32,000 bases of DNA from a bacterium. GTDB taxonomy: Bacteria > Planctomycetota > UBA1135 > GCA-002686595. The notes below the pieces were generated by a model, which was given only the letters and a program-made list of their open reading frames with translations, searched no databases and was not told where the DNA came from. The translations under genes were made by a program, and so were the position numbers. Shown piece by piece: positions 19,208 through 28,165 of the stretch (its first letter is position 1; each line of letters begins with the position of its first letter). Where the stretch lies: contig JAUIDW010000003.1 of NCBI GenBank assembly GCA_030428395.1, positions 32,552 through 64,551 on the forward strand, read 5' to 3'.

Positions 19208-20281
19208 ATGAGGGTCGAGTCCTGGATGGTCCGTGAGGTCTCCCGCCCGATGGTCCTCGCCGAGCGCGAGGAGGCGCCCGGCACCGGGGAGGTCCTGGTC
19301 GAGGTCGCCGGCTGCGGCGTCTGCCACACGGACCTCGGGTTCTTCTACGAGGCGGTGCCCACGCGCCACCCCCTCCCGCTGACGCTCGGACACGAGATCA
19401 GCGGACGGGTCGTCGCCGCGGGCCCGGGCGAGGAGGCCTGGATCGGGCGCGACGTCGTCGTCCCCGCGGTCATCCCCTGCGGCCGCTGCGAGGCCTGCGA
19501 GGCCGGCCGGGAGTCGATCTGTCCCGAGCAGGTGTTCCCGGGCAACGACGTGCACGGCGGATTCGCGTCCCACGTCCGCGTCCCCGCGCGAGGCCTGTGC
19601 GCCGTACCGGACCTCGGCGACCCGGCCGTGAACCCTGCCGGGCTGGACCTCGCGACGCTGTCGGTCGTCGCCGACGCCGTCTCGACGCCGTACCAGGCCA
19701 TCCTGCAGAGCGAGCTCGCGCGCGGGGACCTGGCCGTCTTCGTGGGGGTCGGAGGCGTCGGCGGGTTCGGCGTCCAGATCGCCGCGTCCCTCGGCGCCCA
19801 CGTCGTCGCGATCGACGTCGACGAGGGCAAGCTGGAGGCACTGGCCGACCGCGGCGCGCACCTGCGCCTGTCCGCCTCCGCGCTGGACTTCCGCGAGCTC
19901 AAGCGAGCCGTGAAGGGCTTCGCCGCCGAGCACGGTAGCCACAGCTGGCGCTGGCGGATCTACGAGACGTCGGGGACCGCCGCCGGGCAGCGCACGGCCT
20001 TCGGGCTGCTCGGCAAGGGAAGCTACCTCGGGGTCGTCGGCTACACGCCGGACAAGGTCAAGCTGCGTTTGAGCAATCTCATGGCGCTCGACGCGACGGC
20101 GCGCGGCAACTGGGGCTGCGTGCCCGCGCACTACCCGGCGATCGTCGAGCTCGTGCTCTCGGGGCAGGTCCTGCTGGCCCCCTTCGTCGAGCAGCGGCCG
20201 CTCTCGTCGATCAACGAGACGTTCGCCTCGGTCCACGCGCGCGACGTGTCCCGCCGCGTGATCCTCACACCGGACTGCTGA
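19208..20281 (+). CDS. had: Zn-dependent medium-chain alcohol dehydrogenase; probably 6-hydroxycyclohex-1-ene-1-carbonyl-CoA dehydrogenase
   Basis: MDR/ADH motifs are present (GEVLVEVAGCGVCHTDL, LGHEISG, CGRCEACEAGRESIC, GVGGVGGFG). The specific call rests on context: it sits 3 nt upstream of an Oah/BamA-like gene within a bcr/dch cluster. Confidence 0.7.
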   Translation: MRVESWMVREVSRPMVLAEREEAPGTGEVLVEVAGCGVCHTDLGFFYEAVPTRHPLPLTLGHEISGRVVAAGPGEEAWIGRDVVVPAVIPCGRCEACEAGRESICPEQVFPGNDVHGGFASHVRVPARGLCAVPDLGDPAVNPAGLDLATLSVVADAVSTPYQAILQSELARGDLAVFVGVGGVGGFGVQIAASLGAHVVAIDVDEGKLEALADRGAHLRLSASALDFRELKRAVKGFAAEHGSHSWRWRIYETSGTAAGQRTAFGLLGKGSYLGVVGYTPDKVKLRLSNLMALDATARGNWGCVPAHYPAIVELVLSGQVLLAPFVEQRPLSSINETFASVHARDVSRRVILTPDC

Positions 20282-20284
20282 ACC

Positions 20285-21412
20285 ATGGATTTCAAGAACC
20301 ACGACCTGACCGAAGCCCGCGAAGTGCCGGGCATCCGCTACGAGGAGAAGCCTCTGTACGTCTCCGGCGAGCGGGTCCCGGGGCTGCACGCCGTCTGGAT
20401 CACGCTGGACAACGAGAAGCAGTTCAACTCCTACACCACCGAGATGGTGAAGGGGGTCATCCTGGGCATGCGGCGCGCGAGCAACGACCGCGCGTGCGTG
20501 GCCGTCGTGTTCACCGGCGCGGGGGACCGGGCGTTCTGCACGGGCGGCAACACCCGGGAGTACGCCGAGTACTACGCGGGCCGTCCGGAGGAGTACGCGC
20601 AGTACATGCGGCTCTTCAACGACATGGTCAGCGCGATCCTGGCCTGCGACAAGCCCGTGGTCTGCCGCGTCAACGGGATGCGCATCGCGGGCGGGCAGGA
20701 GATCGGCATGGCCTGCGACTTCACGGTCGCCCAGGACCTGGCGGTCTTCGGACAGGCGGGACCGCGGCACGGCTCCGCACCCGACGGGGGCAGCACGGAC
20801 TTCCTCCCGCTCTTCGTCGGCATCGAGGCGGCCATGGAGAGCTGCACGGCCTGCGAGCCCTGGAGCGCGCACAAGGCGCACCGCCTGGGGCTCGTGTCGA
20901 GGATCGTCCCGGCGCTGCGGATCGACGGCGAGTTCGTGGCCAACCCGCTGGTCGAGACACGCCGGTGGACGAACGAGCTCGGCGAGATCGTCCACGGCGA
21001 GTTCGTCGTGGGCAACGAACGGCGCGCGGCCAAGGCGCTCCTCGGGAAGGGCGTGGTCGACCTCTCGAGGCTCGACGCGGCCGTCGACGAGCTCGTGGCG
21101 AAGCTCGCGAACACCTTCCCGGGCTGCCTGACGAAGACGATCCAGAGCGTCCGCAAGCACAAGCTGGCGCACTGGGACGCCAACCGCGAGACCAACCGCG
21201 CCTGGCTCGGCCTCAACATGATGACCGAGGCGCGCGCGGGCTTCCGGGCCTTCAACGAGGGCACGAAGGAGTGCCGTGAGGCGGACTTCCTGTTGCTGCG
21301 TCGGCGTCTGGCCGAGGGGACCGTGTGGGGGCCGGACCTCGTCGAGGAGCTGCTGGCCGGCGCTCACGGAGAAGCGCACTGCGCGAGCGTCCAGGGAGCC
21401 GGGGCACCGTGA
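20285..21412 (+). CDS. oah: Long (375 aa) crotonase-superfamily protein; probably the ring-opening 6-oxocyclohex-1-ene-1-carbonyl-CoA hydrolase
   Basis: It has the crotonase core (VVFTGAGDRAFCTGGN, CRVNGMRIAGGQEIGMACDF). Its ~375 aa length, with N- and C-terminal extensions, is typical of Oah/BamA rather than the ~260-aa hydratases. The neighbours are had, dch and bcrCBAD. Confidence 0.75.
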   Translation: MDFKNHDLTEAREVPGIRYEEKPLYVSGERVPGLHAVWITLDNEKQFNSYTTEMVKGVILGMRRASNDRACVAVVFTGAGDRAFCTGGNTREYAEYYAGRPEEYAQYMRLFNDMVSAILACDKPVVCRVNGMRIAGGQEIGMACDFTVAQDLAVFGQAGPRHGSAPDGGSTDFLPLFVGIEAAMESCTACEPWSAHKAHRLGLVSRIVPALRIDGEFVANPLVETRRWTNELGEIVHGEFVVGNERRAAKALLGKGVVDLSRLDAAVDELVAKLANTFPGCLTKTIQSVRKHKLAHWDANRETNRAWLGLNMMTEARAGFRAFNEGTKECREADFLLLRRRLAEGTVWGPDLVEELLAGAHGEAHCASVQGAGAP

Positions 21413-21897
21413 CGATCCACGCGGGGCTCACGATCCGACCGCTGCGGCCCGACGACTGGACCGCCGTCGTGGAGCTCGACGACCTCCTGACCGGGACCGT
21501 CAAGCGGGCCTACTGGAAACGCGTGCTGGAGAGCTACCTGCGCGACGAGGGCTGCATCGGCCTGGCCGCGGAGAACGACGGCATCGAGGGCTACCTCTTC
21601 GGCGAGCTGCGCGCGTTCGAGTTCGGGTCGGAGCCGTGTGGCTGGATCTTCGCGCTCGGCGTGCAGCCGGGCGCCGCGCGCCAGGGCGTGGCCTCGGCCC
21701 TGCTGGCCGAGGCGCGTCGGCGTTTTCGCGCACTGGGCGTGAGTCGCGTGCGGACCATGGTCCGCCGGACCGACGTGCCCATGCTGGCCCTCTTCCGCTC
21801 GCACGGGTTCGTGGGGGGGCCGTTCGTGCAACTCGAGCTGGACGTCGCCGACGACGCTCCGCCGCCGGAGGGAACCGGGATGGAGGACAGGCCGTGA
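21409..21897 (+). CDS. GNAT-family N-acetyltransferase (copy 1), embedded between oah and dch
   Basis: GTG 21409 overlaps the oah stop (GTGA), and its own stop overlaps the dch GTG (21894-21897). 162 aa. It has the GNAT core (IFALGVQPGAARQGVASALLAEARRRFRALGVSRVRTMV...FRSHGF) and is collinear with the GNAT at 28166-28669. Confidence 0.8.
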   Translation: MTIHAGLTIRPLRPDDWTAVVELDDLLTGTVKRAYWKRVLESYLRDEGCIGLAAENDGIEGYLFGELRAFEFGSEPCGWIFALGVQPGAARQGVASALLAEARRRFRALGVSRVRTMVRRTDVPMLALFRSHGFVGGPFVQLELDVADDAPPPEGTGMEDRP

Positions 21898-22676
21898 GCG
21901 AGACGACCGCGACGAAGAAGCTCCGCATCGCGCACCTGAACGAAGGCGCCCTGTGGCGCGTGTCCCTGAGCGCGCCCAGGGGCAACGTGCTCGACGCGGA
22001 GATGACCGACGAGCTGACCGCCGTGTTCCGCGCCGCGGCCGGGGAACCACGGCTGAAGGCCGTGGTCCTCACGGGGGAGGGCGATCACTTCTGCTTCGGA
22101 GCCAGCGTCGAGGAGCACCGCCCGGAGAGGGTGGCCGAGATGCTCGCGAGGTTCCACGGTCTGTTTCGCCAGATGGCACAGACGAGCGTTCCTGTGCTGG
22201 CGGCCGTGCGCGGGAACTGCCTGGGCGGCGGCCTGGAGCTCGCCGCGTTCTGCCAGCGCGTTTTCGCGCACCCCGAGGCACGGTTCGGCCAGCCCGAGAT
22301 CTCCCTGGGCGTGTTTGCGCCGCTCGGCTCGGCGATCCTCGCCGACCGCGTCGGGCGGGGGGCAGCGGACGACCTGCTCCTGAGCGGACGCAAGGTCGCC
22401 TGCGCGGAAGCTCTCGACATGCGGCTGGTCGACGCCGTCGACGAGCACCCCGAGGCCGCGGCCCTCGCCTGGGCGGAGCGGCACCTCCAGCCGCGCTCGG
22501 CCTCTTCCCTGCGCCTCGCAACGCGCGCGGCGCGGATGGAGTTCCTGCAGCGCGTGGACCGCTGCGTCGCCGACCTGGAGCGGATGTACCTGGACGAGCT
22601 GATGGCGACCAGCGACGCGCCCGAGGGGATCCTCGCGTTCCTCGAGAAGCGCGCGCCCCGATGGAGCGACGAGTGA
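21894..22676 (+). CDS. dch: Enoyl-CoA hydratase family protein; probably cyclohexa-1,5-diene-1-carbonyl-CoA hydratase
   Basis: 260 aa crotonase (AVVLTGEGDHFCFGASVEEH, VRGNCLGGGLELAAFC, GQPEISLGVFAP). It lies immediately upstream of bcrCBAD. The start is taken as the GTG overlapping the GNAT stop. Confidence 0.75.
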   Translation: MSETTATKKLRIAHLNEGALWRVSLSAPRGNVLDAEMTDELTAVFRAAAGEPRLKAVVLTGEGDHFCFGASVEEHRPERVAEMLARFHGLFRQMAQTSVPVLAAVRGNCLGGGLELAAFCQRVFAHPEARFGQPEISLGVFAPLGSAILADRVGRGAADDLLLSGRKVACAEALDMRLVDAVDEHPEAAALAWAERHLQPRSASSLRLATRAARMEFLQRVDRCVADLERMYLDELMATSDAPEGILAFLEKRAPRWSDE

Positions 22677-23878
22677 GCGCTCCCACGGCAGTGGCTGCTC
22701 CTGCAGGAGGCCGCCTGGCCGGGTTGCTGGAGCGGTGCGAGGAGCTGACGCGGGATACGTCCCTGCCCAGCGTGCGCGCCTGGAAGGAGCGGACCGGCGG
22801 CGTGGCGATCGGCTTCCTGCCGATCTACGTTCCGCGCGAGCTGCTGCACGCCCAAGGTGTGCTGCCCGTCGGCCTCATGGGCGGAGGCGAGATCGAGATC
22901 ATCCGCGGCGACGCCTACTACCAGTCCTACATCTGCCACCTGCCGCGCAGCACCGTCGAGCTGGGCCTGAACGGCAGCCTCGACTGCCTCGACGGCATGA
23001 TCTTCCCGGCGATCTGCGACGTGATCCGCAACCTGTCGGGCATGTGGCAGATGATGTTCCCCGCGAAGCTCGTGCACTACCTCGACGTGCCCCAGGACTT
23101 CGACCGGTCGATGGGGGGGCGGTTCTACCGGCACGAGCTCGGGGTCCTGTCGCAGAAGCTCGTGGAGGCCGGGGCGCGACCCCTGGACCCGGACGCGCTG
23201 CGGGCCTCGATCCGCACGTACAACGTCCACCACGGGCTCGTGGCAGAGCTCTACGAGCTGCGCCGCCGCGAGCCGTGGCGCGTGCCGACCGCAGAGCTGT
23301 ACGTAATGCTCCGCGCGGGCCTGGTGTTGCCCGTCGAGGAGCACAACGGGATGCTCGGGGAGTATCTCGAGGCCGTCCGCGCCGACGAGAGCCGGCGGCC
23401 GATGGACCAGGCGCGCGTTCTGCTGACCGGCTCGTTCTGCGAGCAGCCCCCGCTGGGGCTGATCAAGACCCTGGAGCGCGCCGGGTGCTACATCGTCGAC
23501 GACGACTTCGTGCAGGTCTCGCGCTGGTTCCGACACGCGCTCCCCGAGGACGGCGACCCGGTCGAGGCGCTCGTCGAGGCCTTCCTGGACGATGCCATCC
23601 CCGGCCCGACGCGCTATGTCGACGAGGGCGAGAAGGGGCGCGACCTGATCGAGCGCGTCGAGCGGGCCGGGGCCGAGGGGGTCCTGTTCTGCGCGCCGAG
23701 CTTCTGTGACCCCGCGCTGCTCGACCAGCCCATGGGAACGGCGGCAGCCACGCGCGCCGGGATCCCGTGGACGGCGTTCAAGTACAGCGAGGACACCGGC
23801 CAGTTCCAGGTCATCCGGGAGCAGGCCGGAACGTTCGCCGATTCCATCAAGCTCTGGAGCGAGGTCACGACGCCATGA
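22673..23878 (+). CDS. bcrC: Benzoyl-CoA reductase (class I, ATP-dependent) subunit C (BcrC/BadD; HgdB-like)
   Basis: It is 2-hydroxyglutaryl-CoA dehydratase/BcrBC family-like (GFLPIYVPRELLHAQGVLPVGLMGG, FPAICDVIRNLSGMW, CAPSFCDPALLDQP). GTG 22673 overlaps the dch stop. ATG 22661, 4 codons upstream, is an equally possible start. The gene order C-B-A-D matches the Thauera bcr and Rhodopseudomonas badDEFG order. Confidence 0.85.
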   Translation: MSAPTAVAAPAGGRLAGLLERCEELTRDTSLPSVRAWKERTGGVAIGFLPIYVPRELLHAQGVLPVGLMGGGEIEIIRGDAYYQSYICHLPRSTVELGLNGSLDCLDGMIFPAICDVIRNLSGMWQMMFPAKLVHYLDVPQDFDRSMGGRFYRHELGVLSQKLVEAGARPLDPDALRASIRTYNVHHGLVAELYELRRREPWRVPTAELYVMLRAGLVLPVEEHNGMLGEYLEAVRADESRRPMDQARVLLTGSFCEQPPLGLIKTLERAGCYIVDDDFVQVSRWFRHALPEDGDPVEALVEAFLDDAIPGPTRYVDEGEKGRDLIERVERAGAEGVLFCAPSFCDPALLDQPMGTAAATRAGIPWTAFKYSEDTGQFQVIREQAGTFADSIKLWSEVTTP

Positions 23879-25173
23879 GTCCCCAGTCGGCCCCGGCAGT
23901 CCCCGTGAGCAAGGACCGCAGCCAGGAGCGCCAGAAGCAGATGATCGTCGACCACTTCGAACGGCTGGCGACGGCCGAGCACCGCGGCGAGAAGTGCGTC
24001 TACACGTTCGTGCCGGGGAACCTGACCGAGCTGCTGCTGAGCTTCGACGTCGCCCCCGTGCTGCCCGAGATCAACGCGCTGCAGTCCGGCATGCGTGGAC
24101 TGAGCCGCGACTACATCGCCGCAGCCGAGAAGGAGGGGCACAGCGAGGACGTGTGCACGTACGTCAAGTGCGACATCGGAATGCTCCGGTCGGGCAACGT
24201 CGGCCCGACGGGGAAGCGCCTGCCGGACCCGGACCTGCTGCTGCTCAGCTACACCGGGTGCTTCACATTCCTGAAGTGGTTCGAGCTGTTGCGCGAGGAG
24301 TACGACTGCCCCGTGACGATGCTGCACGTGCCGTACCAGGCCGACGGCCGCATCACGGACGAGATGCGCCGGTACGTGGTAAACCAGCTGCGGAAGAAGG
24401 TCGTCCCCGCGCTCGAGAGGATCACCGGCAAGGCCTACGACGAGGATCGGCTCCGCGAGCTGCTGGCGCGGTCGGCCCGCGCGGAGGACGACCTCGTCGC
24501 CGTGCTCGAGTCGGCCAGGAACCGGCCGTCGCCGATCGACGCCTACTTCGGCGGCGTCTACTACATCGGCCCGATCTTCACGGCCTTCCGGGGGACGCAG
24601 GAGGCCGTCGACTACTATCGCGAGCTGCGCGAGGAGGTCGACCAGCGCCTGCGTGCGGGCCGCGGACCGATCATCCCCGACGGCGAGCTCGAGGAAGAGC
24701 GCTATCGCCTCGTCGTCGAGGGGCCGCCCAACTGGACCAGCTTCCGGCAGTTCTGGAAGATGTTCACCGACGAGGGCGCGGTCGTCGTCGCCAGCACCTA
24801 CACCAAGGTCGGCGGAGTCTACGACGACGGGTTCCGGCACGACCCCGACCGGCCCCTCGAGAGCCTGGCCGAGTACTGCCTCGGGTGCTACACGAACCTG
24901 AGCTTGCCGGCCCGGGTGAACAAACTCGCCGGCTACGTGCGGGAATACTCCGCGGACGGGTTCTTGATCAACTCGGTCAAGAGCTGCAACTCGTTCAGCG
25001 CCGGTCAGCTGATGATCCTGCGCGAGGTCGAGAACCGCACCGGGCGCCCCGGCGGCTTCATCGAGAGCGACCTGGTGGACCCGCGCTACTTCTCGGGTGC
25101 GAACATCCGCAACCGCCTGGAGTCGTACTTCCAGATGATCGAGCAGAAGCGAGGGCAGGGGGCGGCGCGGTGA
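23875..25173 (+). CDS. bcrB: Benzoyl-CoA reductase subunit B (BcrB/BadE)
   Basis: The ATG overlaps the bcrC stop (ATGA 23875-23878). 432 aa. It is a paralogue of bcrC with conserved Cys contexts (DVCTYVKCDIG, YTGCFTF, NSVKSCNSFSAGQ). Confidence 0.85.
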   Translation: MSPQSAPAVPVSKDRSQERQKQMIVDHFERLATAEHRGEKCVYTFVPGNLTELLLSFDVAPVLPEINALQSGMRGLSRDYIAAAEKEGHSEDVCTYVKCDIGMLRSGNVGPTGKRLPDPDLLLLSYTGCFTFLKWFELLREEYDCPVTMLHVPYQADGRITDEMRRYVVNQLRKKVVPALERITGKAYDEDRLRELLARSARAEDDLVAVLESARNRPSPIDAYFGGVYYIGPIFTAFRGTQEAVDYYRELREEVDQRLRAGRGPIIPDGELEEERYRLVVEGPPNWTSFRQFWKMFTDEGAVVVASTYTKVGGVYDDGFRHDPDRPLESLAEYCLGCYTNLSLPARVNKLAGYVREYSADGFLINSVKSCNSFSAGQLMILREVENRTGRPGGFIESDLVDPRYFSGANIRNRLESYFQMIEQKRGQGAAR

Positions 25174-26522
25174 AGTACGCGGTCGGCATCGACCTGGGCT
25201 CGACGACGACCAAGGCCGTCGTCCTCGATCCCGAGCGCGAGGGCATGCCGGTGCTGGGGCGCGGTATCACGAACAGCCGCAGCAACTACGACGTGGCGTG
25301 TGGCGTGGCGCTGGACGACGCCCTGATCGACGCGCGCTTCGGCATGGTGGCGGCCGCCCTCGAGCGCCGCGGAGTCGAGACCGAGCGCCTGCGGTGCGGC
25401 ATGGACGAGTTCTCGCTGCGTTTCCGGGAAGTGCAGTACCGCCGCCAGCTGAGCGCGCTCGCGGGCGTGCTGCGCGAGATGGTCGCGCACGACCTGCGGG
25501 ACGGGCAGGCGCGCGCGGAGGAGGCGCAGGCGCTCGAGGCCATCCTGGACGCGCTGTCGGCCGAGGCGAGCGAGCTCTTCGTGCCCGGCGCGGAGCGCAA
25601 GAGCGACTTCTTCCGGGACCTCGCGGGCAGCCAGTACATGCGCCGGGCCGAGGAGCTGACGCGGACGGGCGGTTGCGGGTCGAACTCGACCGGCATCCGG
25701 TTCGACCAGCTGGTCGGCTACTACGACAAGGCGATCCTCGTCGTCGAGAACATGGCCTCGGTCAGCGGGGACTTCCGCGACTGTGCGCTCGCGGCGCTCG
25801 GCGCACAGTCCGAGCCCCTCCCGGGGCTCGACGCCGCGGTGGCGCGCGTCGTCGGGATGCCGCTCGAGCAGGTCGCCAGCGTGGGAACGGGGTACGGGCG
25901 CGCCCGGCTGCCCTTCGACGACGCGCACATCCGTTCCGAGATCCTGTGCCACGGGCTCGGCGCGTTCACCATGTTCCCCGGCACCCGCACGGTCCTGGAC
26001 ATCGGTGGCCAGGACACCAAGGCCATCCAGGTGGACGCGAACGGCATCGTCACCTCGTTCCAGATGAACGACCGCTGCGCCGCCGGGTGCGGCCGCTACC
26101 TGGGCTACATCGCGGACGAGATGAACCTGGGGCTGCACGAGCTCGGGCCGCTCGCGAACGACTCGACGCGCCCCGTGCGCATCAACTCGACGTGCACGGT
26201 CTTCGCCGGAGCGGAGCTGCGCGAGCGCCTGTCCCTGGGCGAGAAGCGCGAGGACATCCTGGCCGGGCTGCACCGGGCCATCACGCTGCGCGCCATGTCG
26301 CTCCTCGCGCGCTCGGGCGGCGTCCGCGACGAGTTCACCTTCACCGGCGGGGTCGCCAACAACCCGGCGGCCGTGAGGGCCCTGCGCCAGCTGGTGACCG
26401 AGAACTACGGCGAGCTGACGATGAACATCTCCCCGGCGTCCATCTACACCGGCGCCCTCGGCGCGGCCATCTTCGCGGCCCGCAGCCTGGAGGCCGCCAC
26501 CGCGGAGGTCCCGGTCGCATGA
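25170..26522 (+). CDS. bcrA: Benzoyl-CoA reductase subunit A (BcrA/BadF; ATPase of the BcrAD_BadFG/HgdC activase family, long form)
   Basis: The GTG overlaps the bcrB stop (GTGA 25170-25173). It has an ASKHA phosphate-1 motif (GIDLGSTTTKAVV), DIGGQDTKAI, and cluster-bridging Cys contexts (NDRCAAGCGRYLG, STCTVFAGAE). A ~200-aa insertion relative to bcrD fits the large alpha subunit. Confidence 0.88.
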   Translation: MKYAVGIDLGSTTTKAVVLDPEREGMPVLGRGITNSRSNYDVACGVALDDALIDARFGMVAAALERRGVETERLRCGMDEFSLRFREVQYRRQLSALAGVLREMVAHDLRDGQARAEEAQALEAILDALSAEASELFVPGAERKSDFFRDLAGSQYMRRAEELTRTGGCGSNSTGIRFDQLVGYYDKAILVVENMASVSGDFRDCALAALGAQSEPLPGLDAAVARVVGMPLEQVASVGTGYGRARLPFDDAHIRSEILCHGLGAFTMFPGTRTVLDIGGQDTKAIQVDANGIVTSFQMNDRCAAGCGRYLGYIADEMNLGLHELGPLANDSTRPVRINSTCTVFAGAELRERLSLGEKREDILAGLHRAITLRAMSLLARSGGVRDEFTFTGGVANNPAAVRALRQLVTENYGELTMNISPASIYTGALGAAIFAARSLEAATAEVPVA

Positions 26523-27409
26523 GGGCCGCCGCGATCATGCCCGCAGCGGTCCCGGACCAGCTGACGGCGGGCATCGACGTCGGGTCGGCCACCGTCAAGG
26601 TGGCCCTCATGCGCGTCGGCGACGGCTGCGGCGAGGTCCTGGTGGAGGGCCGCTCCGAGCGCATTCGACGCCGGGAGCCCGAGGTCGTCGCCGCGGGACT
26701 GTTCGACGACGTGCTGGGTGCGGCGGGCGTCGAGCGCAAGCAGCTCGACTACGTCGCCACCACCGGCGAGGGCGAGCTCGTGGCCTTCCGCACGGGGCAC
26801 TTCTACGGGATGACGACGCACGCGCGGGGGGCGCGCTACCTCGAGCCCGGGGCCGACGCCTGCATCGACGTCGGTGCGCTGCACGCGCGCGCCATCCTCA
26901 TGGACGCGCGCGCCAAGGTGCTCGGCTACCGCATGACCAGCCAGTGCGCGTCGGGCTCGGGGCAGTTCCTCGAGAACATCAGCCGGTACCTGGGCGTGAC
27001 CATGGGGGAGATCGGGACGCTGTCCCTGAAGGCCGACGTCCCCGAGCCGTGTAGCTCGATCTGCGCCGTGCTGGCCGAGACGGACGTCATTAACATGGTC
27101 TCGCGCGGCATCTCCACGGCCAACATTCTCAAGGGCATCCACCTCTCGATGGCCGGGCGATACGTCAAGCTGCTGAACTCCGCGGGGGCGAAGCACGTCG
27201 TCCTGGTCACCGGCGGGCTCGCCGCCGACGTCGGCCTGATGGCGGCCCTCCGCGAGCACGCGGCGGAGTCCGGGGCGTCGTTCACAATCCGCGGCCACGA
27301 GCACTCGGCGCTGGCGGGCGCCATCGGCGCGGCGCTCTGGGGGGCGTTCCGGGCCCGCAAGATCGCCCGGCTGGGCGTGTCGCTCGAGGAGGCATCCGCC
27401 GGAGCATGA
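26519..27409 (+). CDS. bcrD: Benzoyl-CoA reductase subunit D (BcrD/BadG; second ATPase subunit)
   Basis: The ATG overlaps the bcrA stop (ATGA 26519-26522). Motifs present: GIDVGSATVKVALM, TSQCASGSGQFLE, SSICAVLAETDVI, TGGLAADVG. 296 aa. Confidence 0.88.
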   Translation: MRAAAIMPAAVPDQLTAGIDVGSATVKVALMRVGDGCGEVLVEGRSERIRRREPEVVAAGLFDDVLGAAGVERKQLDYVATTGEGELVAFRTGHFYGMTTHARGARYLEPGADACIDVGALHARAILMDARAKVLGYRMTSQCASGSGQFLENISRYLGVTMGEIGTLSLKADVPEPCSSICAVLAETDVINMVSRGISTANILKGIHLSMAGRYVKLLNSAGAKHVVLVTGGLAADVGLMAALREHAAESGASFTIRGHEHSALAGAIGAALWGAFRARKIARLGVSLEEASAGA

Positions 27410-28140
27410 CGAACCCTGCGGACACGACCCTCGGCCTGGCTGGCGCGGTCGCCCTCGTGACCGGCGGGAACGGGTGTATCGGGCACGCGATCGTGGAGGC
27501 GCTCGCCGACGCGGGAGCGAAGGTGGTCTCCGCCGACCTGGAGCACGACGCGGACTCGCGGGGCTCCCCCGCGAGGTGCGACGTCGCGAGCTCCGCAGAG
27601 GTCGACGCCCTGGTCGAGGGGATCGTCGCGGAGCAGGGAGGGCTCGACGTCGTGGTGCACTGCGCGGGGATCACGCGCGACGCGGTGCTGTGGAAGCTCT
27701 CCGACGAGGACTGGCAGTCCGTCCAGCGCGTCAACCTGGACTCCGCCTTCTTCATCCTGCGGGCAGCAGCGCGCCACCTGCGCCGCTCCGGTCGAGGCGC
27801 CGTGGTCCTGGTTTCCTCGATCAACGGCGAGCGCGGCAAGCTGGGGCAAGCGAACTACTCCGCGAGCAAGGCGGGCCTGATCGGGCTGGCCAGGTCCGCG
27901 GCCCGCGAACTGGGGCGCGATGGAGCCCGCGTCAACGTCGTCGCGCCCGGCTTCATCGAATCGCGGATGACGGCCGGACTCCCCGAGTACGTCCGCGAGC
28001 AGGCGCTGGCGGAGACGGTGCTCGGTCGGATCGGGAGCCCTGCGGACGTGGCCGCGTCCGTGCTGTTCCTGTGCTCACGCCAGGCGAGCCACGTCACGGG
28101 GCAGGTGCTCCGGGTGGACGGTGGACAGCTGATCGCATGA
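27406..28140 (+). CDS. Short-chain dehydrogenase/reductase, FabG-like (3-oxoacyl/3-hydroxyacyl reductase type)
   Basis: The ATG overlaps the bcrD stop (ATGA 27406-27409). It has a TGGNGCIG Rossmann motif, CAGITRD, SSINGERGKLGQANYSASKAG (Ser-Tyr-Lys catalytic residues) and VAPGFIESRMT. The substrate cannot be deduced from the sequence. Confidence 0.85.
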   Translation: MTNPADTTLGLAGAVALVTGGNGCIGHAIVEALADAGAKVVSADLEHDADSRGSPARCDVASSAEVDALVEGIVAEQGGLDVVVHCAGITRDAVLWKLSDEDWQSVQRVNLDSAFFILRAAARHLRRSGRGAVVLVSSINGERGKLGQANYSASKAGLIGLARSAARELGRDGARVNVVAPGFIESRMTAGLPEYVREQALAETVLGRIGSPADVAASVLFLCSRQASHVTGQVLRVDGGQLIA

Positions 28141-28165
28141 GGCGACGACGACCCGGAACCAGACC

